A program made the translations under genes and the position numbers. The notes under the pieces are model-generated. The model saw only the letters and a program-made list of their open reading frames with translations, did not search any database and was not told the origin of the DNA. Positions 1 to 8,420 of a stretch of DNA of 22,789 nucleotides are shown one piece after another (the first letter of the stretch is position 1; every line of letters starts with the position of its first letter). The stretch lies in assembly GCA_037443035.1 (NCBI GenBank), contig JBBIPC010000033.1, positions 1 to 22,789 of the forward strand. Reading direction: 5' to 3'. Origin of the DNA: Chthonomonadales bacterium. GTDB taxonomy: Bacteria; Armatimonadota; Chthonomonadetes; Chthonomonadales; CAJBBX01.

Positions 1-1550
1 GAGCGTTCTAGCCACGACCGGCCCTCTCCTTCGATTGTTCGATTCACGATGAACTCGAACCCCTCCCATCCGTTGTCGTCCTTGCCATCGGCGCTGATGA
101 GCAGCCACATCCAATTGGGGTCCGTGCACAGACTGATGCGTTCGCGCGTCCGAACGTAGAAGTACACGTTCGTGCGATCCCTGGCCACCTTGCAGGCAAG
201 GATATCGTTGCGACCGGTCCGGTTCACGTAGTGCGTCCCTGCCACGCCGTCGTGGTCGCGTGGCAGCGTCTCACCATAGTGAGCGGCGAACTCTGGCTTC
301 ACGTCGCTCCACTGACTCATGGATCCGCCAAGCTGGATGGTCTTCTCGCCGGATGCCGTGGGAACCGCTGGTGCGCCCTTGTAGCGGCGGATGTGGGCCA
401 CCATCTGCCAGTAGTAGTTGTCGGCGTGGCTGCACTTGCCCGGTTCGATGTCCCTGCTGTATTCCTGCGTGAACTGATCCACAAAGACCAGGGGACCATC
501 TGGCTGCCCCCAGCGTCCCGCGATCCATTCGTTCCATCCTGTTATCATGACGAATGGCGGCTGCAACTCGTAGACCCGCTTCCATTGCTCCTCGAAGTTC
601 AGGCCCAGGTTCACGGCGCCGGCTCTTGTATCCATCTTTCCGTCGTGGAAGCTCCGTCCGCGCGCATCCCCGTTGCTCATGTTCGTGACTTTTCCGTCGG
701 ATACGCGCAGATTCTGTGCGACCGAAACGTTCACCATTTCTGGCTTGGAGGGATCATCCTTATACCCGTAGGGCTGGGGGTACGCCGCCTCCCAGTGCCA
801 CGCGTAGGACGTGTTCACCATCTCGAAAGGCCAATGGGCCTTGCGCAGGGTGAAGAAGCCCCGAAGCTCGTCATCGGCCTCCTTTGGATCGCAGATCATG
901 AGGGGTTTCCCCTCCCATCGGAACCACAGATCCGGATAGAGGTTCTTCTTGTACAGATCCTCGTAGATCCGTCGCGCCGTTTCCCCGGCCTTGGTATTCA
1001 CCATGAAGCAGATCCGAGGCGTCCGTCCGCCTTCTTGGCGAACCTGGCTGAAGACCTCGCAGAGTTTCAGGAAGGTCGGTGTGTACGTCACGGCGTTGGT
1101 GGTGTCGAAGATGAGGGTATCCACGCCCGCGTCGGCGAGCAGATGGGCATGGCGGCGCAAGACCCAGGGATCGTCGCTGCGGTAATAGCCGTAAAGAGGT
1201 TCTCCCCAGTAGTGATACATGCCGACGGGTCCCCAATAGGGGGACCCAGGGTTCTTCAGTGCTTCGGGATCCGCCTGAAGAATGCGGCCGATGTCGTAGG
1301 GCCCCTCCCAATGGGGGCTTCTGCCACCCGGGTTGTCATGCCAGAGGAAGTAGAAGATACCCACCCAGCGGTCCTTCCGCGGCGGACCTACTTCCTCGTG
1401 AAGCGGCAGACGTCTCCCCAGCGCGTCACGCGCAGGCCACGGGGTGGTGTCCAGCGGGGTCGGGGGTGGACCACCCGATTGGAGCGGCAATGCGGCAGCC
1501 AGAGACAGCACGCACATGGCGATCAGCAGGGCGAGCATGAAGGTGGGCAT
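1..1550 (-). CDS. Secreted GH99/GH71-like (TIM-barrel) carbohydrate-active hypothetical protein, 3'-truncated by the window edge
   Basis: Not in the ORF track because it has no stop in the window; segments were translated by hand. ATG at 1550 follows a purine-rich SD (GAGGAAGAGAG). N-terminus MPTFMLALLIAMCVLSLAAA looks like a signal peptide, followed by WPARDALGRRLP..VGIFYFLWH, HYWGEPLYGYY, RRHAHLLADAGVDTLIFDTTN, FVMITGWNEWIAG, FVDQFTQEYSRDIEP, TGRNDI and NWMWLLI...GWEGFEFIVNR. The segments I frame-checked are in frame, and the frame is open at base 1. The ITGWNEW..IEP pair resembles the GH99/GH71/WbsX-like catalytic region. Confidence 0.85.
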   Translation of the reverse strand, partial: MPTFMLALLIAMCVLSLAAALPLQSGGPPPTPLDTTPWPARDALGRRLPLHEEVGPPRKDRWVGIFYFLWHDNPGGRSPHWEGPYDIGRILQADPEALKNPGSPYWGPVGMYHYWGEPLYGYYRSDDPWVLRRHAHLLADAGVDTLIFDTTNAVTYTPTFLKLCEVFSQVRQEGGRTPRICFMVNTKAGETARRIYEDLYKKNLYPDLWFRWEGKPLMICDPKEADDELRGFFTLRKAHWPFEMVNTSYAWHWEAAYPQPYGYKDDPSKPEMVNVSVAQNLRVSDGKVTNMSNGDARGRSFHDGKMDTRAGAVNLGLNFEEQWKRVYELQPPFVMITGWNEWIAGRWGQPDGPLVFVDQFTQEYSRDIEPGKCSHADNYYWQMVAHIRRYKGAPAVPTASGEKTIQLGGSMSQWSDVKPEFAAHYGETLPRDHDGVAGTHYVNRTGRNDILACKVARDRTNVYFYVRTRERISLCTDPNWMWLLISADGKDDNGWEGFEFIVNRTIEGEGRSWLER

Positions 1551-1649
1551 GGCTCTCTTCCTCGCGAAGATTCTGGATGGAACGGTCTCGGCAGGTATTA
1601 CGACGTGCGGTGGTGAAAGCTCCTGCAACTCTTGGAGGGTAGTGACCCA

Positions 1650-4088
1650 ATGCACATGTTGCGATCAGGATCCCTCGTGGTCAGCGTCAATGACGATGGT
1701 CGCATCAGCCTTGCCGTGGACGGGTGGCCTGGCCTCCGTATCCCTGCCGCGGACACGAGCATCGCGTGCGCCGGTCGCGATACCCGGTTGCTGAGGCGCA
1801 CTTCCGAGAAAAGGGCAGACGGTTCGGCTGTCGTCACCGATGAGTACGAACCCGGACTTGTCATTGGCCGCAAGATACTTCATGCAGACGCGGGACAGGC
1901 CATCGTGCTGGAGTCGGAACTGACCAATGCCTCCGGCACGGCCGTCGAGCTCACCGACGTCGCCCTGCTCCGATGCACCAGCGGCATTTCGCTCGGAAGA
2001 AGCCCGGATCGGGTCCGTCTGTACGAGCAGGGCTCCTACTGGTCACGCGTGCGCCCCTTGACTCAAAGCGAAGGAACTGCTGAGACAGGCGCCGAGCAGG
2101 ACCGGGCCGCCGCGCCACTCCACTCTTCATCCCAGTATGCCTGGTTGGCATGGGACGGCGAAGCGCATATGGCATTGCTCGTGGGATTCGAGACAGGTGA
2201 ACGCTGGACCGGTATCATCGAGACCTCGGGTCCTGCCGCTTCCATGCCGAGTCTCTGGAGGGCTGGTCTTGCCGGTGGCCATGTCCTCGTCCAGCCAGGG
2301 CAGACGGTTGAGCTCGAAACCCTCTCGATCATGGCTGGGGATGATCCATGGGCGCTTCTGTGTCGCTACGGGGATCGGGTCGGCCGGCGGCACGGAGTTC
2401 GCGTGCCATCCAAGCCGCCCGTTTCGTGGTGCTCGTGGTATCCCTATCGTCTGGGCGTCAGCGACGAGCGGGTGCTCGCGACAGCGCGTATCGCGGCAGA
2501 ACGTCTCAGGCCGCTCGGACTGCGTATCATTCTCCTCGATCTAGGTTGGCAGGAGGGTTATCTGCCCAGCGCCTTCCGGGAGAATGATCAGTTTCCCCGC
2601 GGCCTGGCTGCGCTGGCATCCGATCTGGAACACATGGGATTCCTCCTCGGAGCATGGTGCGCACCGTTCACGATCAGTGACCACGATCCTTTGGCACGCG
2701 AACATCCCGAGTGGCTCCTGGGTGCCGAACCCCATGACGGATCCGCGCACATTCCACAACCCCTGGGCGAGTGGTTCTGGGAACCCCATGGCCAGACCTA
2801 CGCTCTGGACTTGACCCATCCTGGTGCGCAGGAGTGGCTGCGCACGCAGATGCGCTCTCTGAGCCGGCGCGGAGTGCGCTACTTGAAGCCGGATTTCATG
2901 AGCGGCGCTCTGAGCGGAGCCCTGACCGGGCGCCACGACCGTGCCGTAGTGGCCGGTGGAGGAGCCGAAGCCGTCCGAATAGGGATGGACATCATGCTTC
3001 GCGAGATTGCGGTAGGCCAGAAGGAGGCGTGGATTCTGAACTGCGGAGGGCCGGACATCCCAGGCAAGGGTGCCATGCCGCTCCTGTACACGTGCGACGA
3101 CACAGGAAACACTGGTTTCGTAGGATGGAAGCACCTCGAGGAAGACTATGGCCGGAAAGTCGCTGGTCATCTTTGGAAGAATCGGCGCTGGGGCATCATC
3201 CAGCCGTCGTGCATGGTCGTTGGATTGTCGGGGACTGTGGAGGAAGCGAGGTTGCGGGCAACGGCGACGTTTCTCGCTGGAGGGCAGGTAGACATCGGCG
3301 ATAACCTGACGAACCTGCCCGAGGACCGCTGGCAGATACTCCTAGCGACGCTGCCGCCACTCGGCGTATCCGCGAGGCCTGTGGACCTGTTCGAGCCGCT
3401 GGAAGCCAGCACTCTCGCATACGATGCTTCGACTGGTGGCAGGGGTGGCGAGGCCAGGAAAGAGGCTGCAGAGGGCGTCTCCCGAGTGTGGGTTCTCTCG
3501 GTGGACGGAGAATGGGACCGCTGGAAGCTCGTGGGCCTCTTCAACTACGACACGAACGACAACGTGCCCTACGGCAAGGCTCGGATCACGACGTTCAAGC
3601 TCCCCCTCGAACGTCTTGGCATCGAGGAATCACGTTCCAGCGCTGTTCTCGAGTTCTGGTCGCAGCAGTATCTGGGTGCATCTCCCTTCGACCTTAGGAA
3701 CCCCCATGGCTATCGTCATCCGGGTGATGCCCAGGGCCTCATCGTCTCGCCTTCACCGGCCATGTGGGAGGTCTCGTTCTTCGGTCCATCGGTGAAGCTG
3801 CTGATTATCCGGGAGGCAAGGCAGCACCCGTGGCCTGTGGGGACAACGTTCCATCAGAGCGGTGGGATGGAGCTGCAAGACGTATCATGGCGCGCAGGCA
3901 CGCTCAGTGGAACCCTCCATCGTCCTCCTGGCCAGAGCGGCTCCATCATCATCGCCGCCGGTGGCGCAGCGCCACGAGACGCTCGTGCTGGTCGGCGGAA
4001 GGTGCCATGGCATAGTGGCGCCAGTGGCTCCATACACCTGCCTGTCGTCACGGAGTCGGATACCACTCGCTGGCAGGTGCGGTTCTGA
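1650..4088 (+). CDS. Glycoside hydrolase, GH36/clan GH-D (alpha-galactosidase-like)
   Basis: Motifs PPVSWCSWY, LLDLGWQ, FPRGL, GAWCAPF, LDLTHP, YLKPDF (KxD nucleophile) and TCDDT (acid/base region). Start moved from TTG 1632 to ATG 1650, which follows GGAGGG. No signal peptide. Confidence 0.85.
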   Translation: MHMLRSGSLVVSVNDDGRISLAVDGWPGLRIPAADTSIACAGRDTRLLRRTSEKRADGSAVVTDEYEPGLVIGRKILHADAGQAIVLESELTNASGTAVELTDVALLRCTSGISLGRSPDRVRLYEQGSYWSRVRPLTQSEGTAETGAEQDRAAAPLHSSSQYAWLAWDGEAHMALLVGFETGERWTGIIETSGPAASMPSLWRAGLAGGHVLVQPGQTVELETLSIMAGDDPWALLCRYGDRVGRRHGVRVPSKPPVSWCSWYPYRLGVSDERVLATARIAAERLRPLGLRIILLDLGWQEGYLPSAFRENDQFPRGLAALASDLEHMGFLLGAWCAPFTISDHDPLAREHPEWLLGAEPHDGSAHIPQPLGEWFWEPHGQTYALDLTHPGAQEWLRTQMRSLSRRGVRYLKPDFMSGALSGALTGRHDRAVVAGGGAEAVRIGMDIMLREIAVGQKEAWILNCGGPDIPGKGAMPLLYTCDDTGNTGFVGWKHLEEDYGRKVAGHLWKNRRWGIIQPSCMVVGLSGTVEEARLRATATFLAGGQVDIGDNLTNLPEDRWQILLATLPPLGVSARPVDLFEPLEASTLAYDASTGGRGGEARKEAAEGVSRVWVLSVDGEWDRWKLVGLFNYDTNDNVPYGKARITTFKLPLERLGIEESRSSAVLEFWSQQYLGASPFDLRNPHGYRHPGDAQGLIVSPSPAMWEVSFFGPSVKLLIIREARQHPWPVGTTFHQSGGMELQDVSWRAGTLSGTLHRPPGQSGSIIIAAGGAAPRDARAGRRKVPWHSGASGSIHLPVVTESDTTRWQVRF

Positions 4089-4226
4089 GGCTCCCCAGCA
4101 GTCGGTACCGAAGCGTGGCAACGCCAAAGGGACTCGGGTCAGGAGTGCCGAATCTATGGAGTGGCGAACGGTAAGGGCGTGCACTAGAGCGTCATCGGCT
4201 TCGTGAACTGCGACCCAGGAGGCATC

Positions 4227-5012
4227 ATGGCTTCGGGACTACGGGCGGTTCTAGGTGTGGCACGAAGAGTGATTCGTGACTTGGGGCTGGTGCGCGCCAC
4301 CGGCGTGTTCGCTCGCAAAGCGTGGCGGAAACTGCGCCATGAGCGCCCGCCGAACACCGTGGAGGCGAATCTGGAGGTCTGGGAGACCCACGACTGGTCG
4401 CGTTTGGGCGAAGAATGGACGCCGTCTCAGGAGTGGAAGGAAGCCATCCTGAACGAGCTGCTGAGGCCGCATATTCCCGCTGGTTCCTGTGTTCTGGAGA
4501 TCGGGCCGGGCGCCGGCCGGTGGACCGAGTACCTCATACCCCTTGCCTCCCGCCTTATCCTCGTTGACATCACGCCGGCGTGCATCGCTCTGTGTAGAGC
4601 GCGATTCGCCTCCGAGAGTCATATCGAGTATCACGTCAACGACGGTCGTACGCTGCCGTTCGTGTCCGCCGCATCTGTGGATGCCATCTGGTCCTTCGAC
4701 ACGTTCGTGCATATCGAGCCGCGGGACATCCATAGTTACGTCAGGGAGTTCGCCCGTGTGCTCAGACCCGGCGGCGTGGCTGTGGTGCATCATGCACGAT
4801 GCGGTTGTCACAGGCGAAGCTGGCGGAGCGACATGACCGCCGAGCAAATGGTGGAATTCTGCAATGAAGCAGGTCTGGTGGTAGTACGGCAACAGGTTAG
4901 TCTGGCTGGGGGCACCATATCTCTGTGCCAGTTGGGTATCGCGACCAAGCCGGACGTCGTCAGTGTGATCCAGAAGCCGCTGCGCGATGAATCACCCGCC
5001 CTACCTACGTAG
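4227..5012 (+). CDS. Class I SAM-dependent methyltransferase
   Basis: Motif I VLEIGPGAGRW, LILVDI, SVDAIWSFDTFVHI and EFARVLRPGG. ATG 4227 follows AGGAGG. Confidence 0.9.
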   Translation: MASGLRAVLGVARRVIRDLGLVRATGVFARKAWRKLRHERPPNTVEANLEVWETHDWSRLGEEWTPSQEWKEAILNELLRPHIPAGSCVLEIGPGAGRWTEYLIPLASRLILVDITPACIALCRARFASESHIEYHVNDGRTLPFVSAASVDAIWSFDTFVHIEPRDIHSYVREFARVLRPGGVAVVHHARCGCHRRSWRSDMTAEQMVEFCNEAGLVVVRQQVSLAGGTISLCQLGIATKPDVVSVIQKPLRDESPALPT

Positions 5013-5021
5013 GTCGGCCTG

Positions 5022-5070
5022 TCCCGCGTGCGGGATTCGTTTCTCAGCCTGACAATTCACGGTCAGGCTG
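5022..5070 (+). repeat. Solo copy of the two-hairpin REP-like element found in the terminal array
   Basis: TCCCGC-GT-GCGGGA hairpin, TTCGTTTCT linker, then CAGCCTGAC-AATTCACG-GTCAGGCTG (9-bp perfect stem). Same layout and linker as the reverse complement of 22545-22592 (ATCCCGCGGACGCGGGATTCGTGTTCCTAGCCCGACGATTCATCGTCG). Starts 10 nt after the methyltransferase stop. Confidence 0.7.
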
Positions 5071-5319
5071 GCCTGGGTGAGGACCATTCACCTAGCACGA
5101 CCTACCCGCCGTACCTGTCGTGGGGTCCATTTTCTACGGACGCGCAGGTGAGGTTGTCTCATCGGGGTCGGCTCGGAAGGCCGCTTGCCACGATGGGATC
5201 GGTCCGCGCCGCGGTAGTCGCAACGCGGCTGCGCCTCTACCGGCAGGAATCTGGTGCGTTCGCCGAGGAATACCTGAGCGGGAAGTGCGCCATAGTCTAG
5301 GTCCAAGGAGGAGGGAGGT

Positions 5320-7377
5320 ATGCCAACTCGGCGTGAGGTTATTGCTGCCAGTGCAGCCTTCTTGGCAGCCCCCGTAGGGGAGATCATGGCAGACCCCTTG
5401 CTGGACAGTCTCGATCTGGACCGGCCCGAGCTGGCGCCGGTCCGCGAAGCGGCGCTTGGTGGTGACACAGCGCGCGCACGCACGGCGTTCGCAGCGTATC
5501 TGCGGACGCGCAAAGCACCGAGGTGGTTCGTGGATCCCGCTTCTCCGTCGCGGGACGCCTCGCGCAGTGAGTTGGAGACCGCGGATATGGCCCTGCGCCA
5601 CGTTCTCGAGTCGGTGGGCATTAGCCACGAATTCGGAGAGAAGATCGACTGGTCTTACAATCCCACCACCCAGCCCGGCTCGCCTCACGCCCCAGACCAC
5701 GAATGGACCTGGCAGCTCAATCGCCACAGCGCATGGGCCGCTCTGGCCCGGGCCTACAACGCCACCGGTGACGCCCGCTACGGCCGGGAGTTGGCCAGGC
5801 AGATCCTCGACTGGATCCGCGACAGCCCACCGCCAGAGAACCGCGCCCTTCAATCGCCGTTTTCGCGCTGGAGGACGATCGAAGCCGGCATCCGCATGTT
5901 CAGTTCATGGCCCGAGGTCTACCACCGGATGCTCCTCCACCCGGACGTTTTCCCGGACGAGGTGCTGCTCGCGATGGTGGAATGCATGGGTCGGCACGCC
6001 GCCTATCTGGACAGGTTCCCCACGGGCGGAAACTGGCTGTGCATGGAGGCTAACGGGGAGTTTCATGTGGGTGTCCTGTTCCCGGAGTTCCGCGATGCGG
6101 AGAAGTGGCGCACCAACGCACTGAGCCGCCTGCGAAGAGAGGTGGATGCGCAGGTCTACCCGGACGGAGCGCAGGTCGAGTTGACGCCGGGGTATCACAA
6201 CGTGTCGTTGAGGAACTTCGTCCAGGCGCTCCAGTTGGCAGAGCTGAACAGCATAGCCGTACCCGAAGGATACAAGGCTGGCCTCGAGCGTATGTACGAC
6301 CTCAACCTGCGGGCCATGTCACCGGACCGGGACATACCCCCCTTCAACGACTCCTGGAGCGTCAACGTACGTGGAGTTCTGGCCGAAGGTCTGCGACTGT
6401 TCCCTAAGCGCGAGGACTGGCGGTGGATCGCATCCGATGGCAAAGAGGGTCGGCAGCCCAGGGAGACCTCGCTGTTCTTCCCCTATGCCGGCTGGGCTGT
6501 CATGCGTTCGGGCTGGGATCCAGAAGCTCTCTTCCTCATGATGGACTGCGGGCCATTCGGGTACGGCCATCAGCACGAAGACAAGCTGTCCTTCGTGCTT
6601 CACGCTTACGGCGCACGGCTCGTCTTCGAGGCCGGCTCCTACGCCTACGACGCTTCGGACATGCGCCGGTATGTACTTTCGGCACGGGGCCACAATGTAG
6701 TCCACGTGGACGGTCTGGAGCAGAACCGGCGAGGCGGTCCGCGCGACGGTTATGTCGTCCGGAAACCGGTCGAGGTTCAGTGGAAGACGGGCAGGGACCT
6801 CGACTATGCAGCGGCCAGGTATGGGCTTCTCCCGGAGGAGAACTGGGGACCATCGAAGCTCCGACACGTCGTCCATACCCGCCGCGTCCTCTTCGTGAAA
6901 CCACACTACTGGCTCGTCTGCGATACCCTCGAACCCAACGACGACGCCGAGCACCTGTACGAAAGCACGTTTCATCTGGATGCGCAGGAAGTTCGAGTAG
7001 ATGCGGCCACCCATTCAGTTGTCACCGTGCGTGATGGCCCTAATCTGACGATTCTGCCCTTGGCGACGGATGGCCTCCAGGTGCGCATCATTACAGGCCA
7101 GATGGAACCATTCGTCCAGGGGTGGCTGCCCAAGCGGCACGGGCTGACGGGAGCCGATCCCCGACCGTGCGTCTATTACAGCGTCAAGGCGCGAGGACGT
7201 ACCGACCTTGTCTATATCCTCGCACCCTCGAAGGCCGGCAAGCCATCACCGGTGCGCGCTCTCTCCCGATTGCACGACCCAGAGGCGAAGGTCGCTGCGA
7301 CAATCCATCTCGTATCAGGCGGCTCCCATACATTCCGGCTCATGCCCGACGGGACCTACCGCTTCGGGCGAGGCTAG
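5320..7377 (+). CDS. Heparinase II/III-family polysaccharide lyase with probable Tat signal
   Basis: Strong SD (AAGGAGGAGGGAGG). N-terminus MPTRREVIAASAAFLAA. Motifs EWTWQLNRH, WRTIEAGIR, GNWLCME, QVYPDGAQVELTPGYH, PPFNDS, GWAVMRSGW, GHQHEDKLSF and SARGHNVVHVDG match the Hepar_II_III N- and C-terminal domains. Confidence 0.9.
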   Translation: MPTRREVIAASAAFLAAPVGEIMADPLLDSLDLDRPELAPVREAALGGDTARARTAFAAYLRTRKAPRWFVDPASPSRDASRSELETADMALRHVLESVGISHEFGEKIDWSYNPTTQPGSPHAPDHEWTWQLNRHSAWAALARAYNATGDARYGRELARQILDWIRDSPPPENRALQSPFSRWRTIEAGIRMFSSWPEVYHRMLLHPDVFPDEVLLAMVECMGRHAAYLDRFPTGGNWLCMEANGEFHVGVLFPEFRDAEKWRTNALSRLRREVDAQVYPDGAQVELTPGYHNVSLRNFVQALQLAELNSIAVPEGYKAGLERMYDLNLRAMSPDRDIPPFNDSWSVNVRGVLAEGLRLFPKREDWRWIASDGKEGRQPRETSLFFPYAGWAVMRSGWDPEALFLMMDCGPFGYGHQHEDKLSFVLHAYGARLVFEAGSYAYDASDMRRYVLSARGHNVVHVDGLEQNRRGGPRDGYVVRKPVEVQWKTGRDLDYAAARYGLLPEENWGPSKLRHVVHTRRVLFVKPHYWLVCDTLEPNDDAEHLYESTFHLDAQEVRVDAATHSVVTVRDGPNLTILPLATDGLQVRIITGQMEPFVQGWLPKRHGLTGADPRPCVYYSVKARGRTDLVYILAPSKAGKPSPVRALSRLHDPEAKVAATIHLVSGGSHTFRLMPDGTYRFGRG

Positions 7378-8420
7378 GCGCTTTCGACAGGCTCTATGTC
7401 CGGAGCAGCCAACCAGCGGATGGGGGCGAGCTGGAAGCCCGCCCGTGCGCATGCCTCCGAGAGCTCCTCTAGCCTACGCCCCGCAGGGATGAGACCGATG
7501 ACTGCGCCACCAGAGCCAGGGAACTTGGCTGGGAAACCAAGCTCGCGGGCATACCGGATCATGTTCAGGTTCCTCTGACCGACGACGTCCTCTCCGTAGA
7601 GCCGCAGACGAAGGTCGAAGTTGGCGTTCATCAGCTCGGCCAGACGGTGCATGTCGCCGCGACGGAGCGCCTCCAGAGCCTCCTCTGTCAGTTCGACGAA
7701 GCGCCGCATGCCGTCAACCACTTCGGGATCGCCACGATGGAAACGCGCACGCACATCTGAGTGAATCCGTCCCGAATCGCTGGGATGGCTATCCCATGCA
7801 AGGTACATGGGAGGAAGGAGGTTGATGTCCAGTGGAACGTAATCACCGTAGCCTCGGCTCTCCATGAGATTCCGGGAGAAATCCATGTAGACGCAACCGC
7901 CATAGACTTGCACCACGCGATCTTGCAGGCCAGCAGCGATGGCCAGTTCTTGCATCTCCACATCCAGCACCAGGTTCGGCTGCACGGGCTTGGGTAGCTG
8001 CTCTTCGGTTACGTCGAAGAACTGCATGAGGGCCTTGATGGTGGCGGTCACGATGGCGCTGGAGCCAGCGAGTCCCACCTGCCGGGGAATGTCCGTGTCG
8101 TAGGTGATGGTGAAGTTCCTCGTGGGAAGGGCGATGCCGTGGTCCTCGCAATACTGGGCGAAACGCTTGCACGCTGCAAAGATGAGCCGCATGCCACCGT
8201 AATAGCCATCGCGAATGGCCGTCTCCTTGAGAGCATCGAGGGACGGAAACTGGGAGGGGTCGTGGACGGGATGGGGCACAATCTGCAGCGACGGGCTTTC
8301 CCAGAGAGTGACGCGGGCGGAGAAGTTGGCGATGGTGGCGGCAATCGTCTTGCCGAAGAAACCATCGGACGGATTACCGATAATGCCGACCCTGGCATTG
8401 GCGCTGGTACGTATGATCAT
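7374..8420 (-). CDS. GHMP-family sugar kinase, glucuronokinase-like
   Basis: GHMP motifs ARVGIIGNPSD, IPRQVGLAGSSA (PxxxGLxSSA), AGLQDRVVQVYGG and KFPGSGGA. Collinear with plant glucuronokinase as I recall it (PHP.HD..QF.SLD, GYYGG.RL, NF...YDT.IPRQ, MDFS, LLPP, PSDSG..HS.VR). Start overlaps the upstream stop (ATGA). Confidence 0.88.
   Translation of the reverse strand: MIIRTSANARVGIIGNPSDGFFGKTIAATIANFSARVTLWESPSLQIVPHPVHDPSQFPSLDALKETAIRDGYYGGMRLIFAACKRFAQYCEDHGIALPTRNFTITYDTDIPRQVGLAGSSAIVTATIKALMQFFDVTEEQLPKPVQPNLVLDVEMQELAIAAGLQDRVVQVYGGCVYMDFSRNLMESRGYGDYVPLDINLLPPMYLAWDSHPSDSGRIHSDVRARFHRGDPEVVDGMRRFVELTEEALEALRRGDMHRLAELMNANFDLRLRLYGEDVVGQRNLNMIRYARELGFPAKFPGSGGAVIGLIPAGRRLEELSEACARAGFQLAPIRWLAAPDIEPVESA

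Noticed and set aside
231..1616. 461-aa plus-strand ORF
   Set aside because: Antisense shadow of the minus-strand GH99-like gene, which has a signal peptide, an SD and recognisable motifs.
5028..5300. 90-aa ORF in the methyltransferase-lyase gap
   Set aside because: It starts inside the REP-like hairpin, has no SD or recognisable features, and overlaps the candidate promoter motif.
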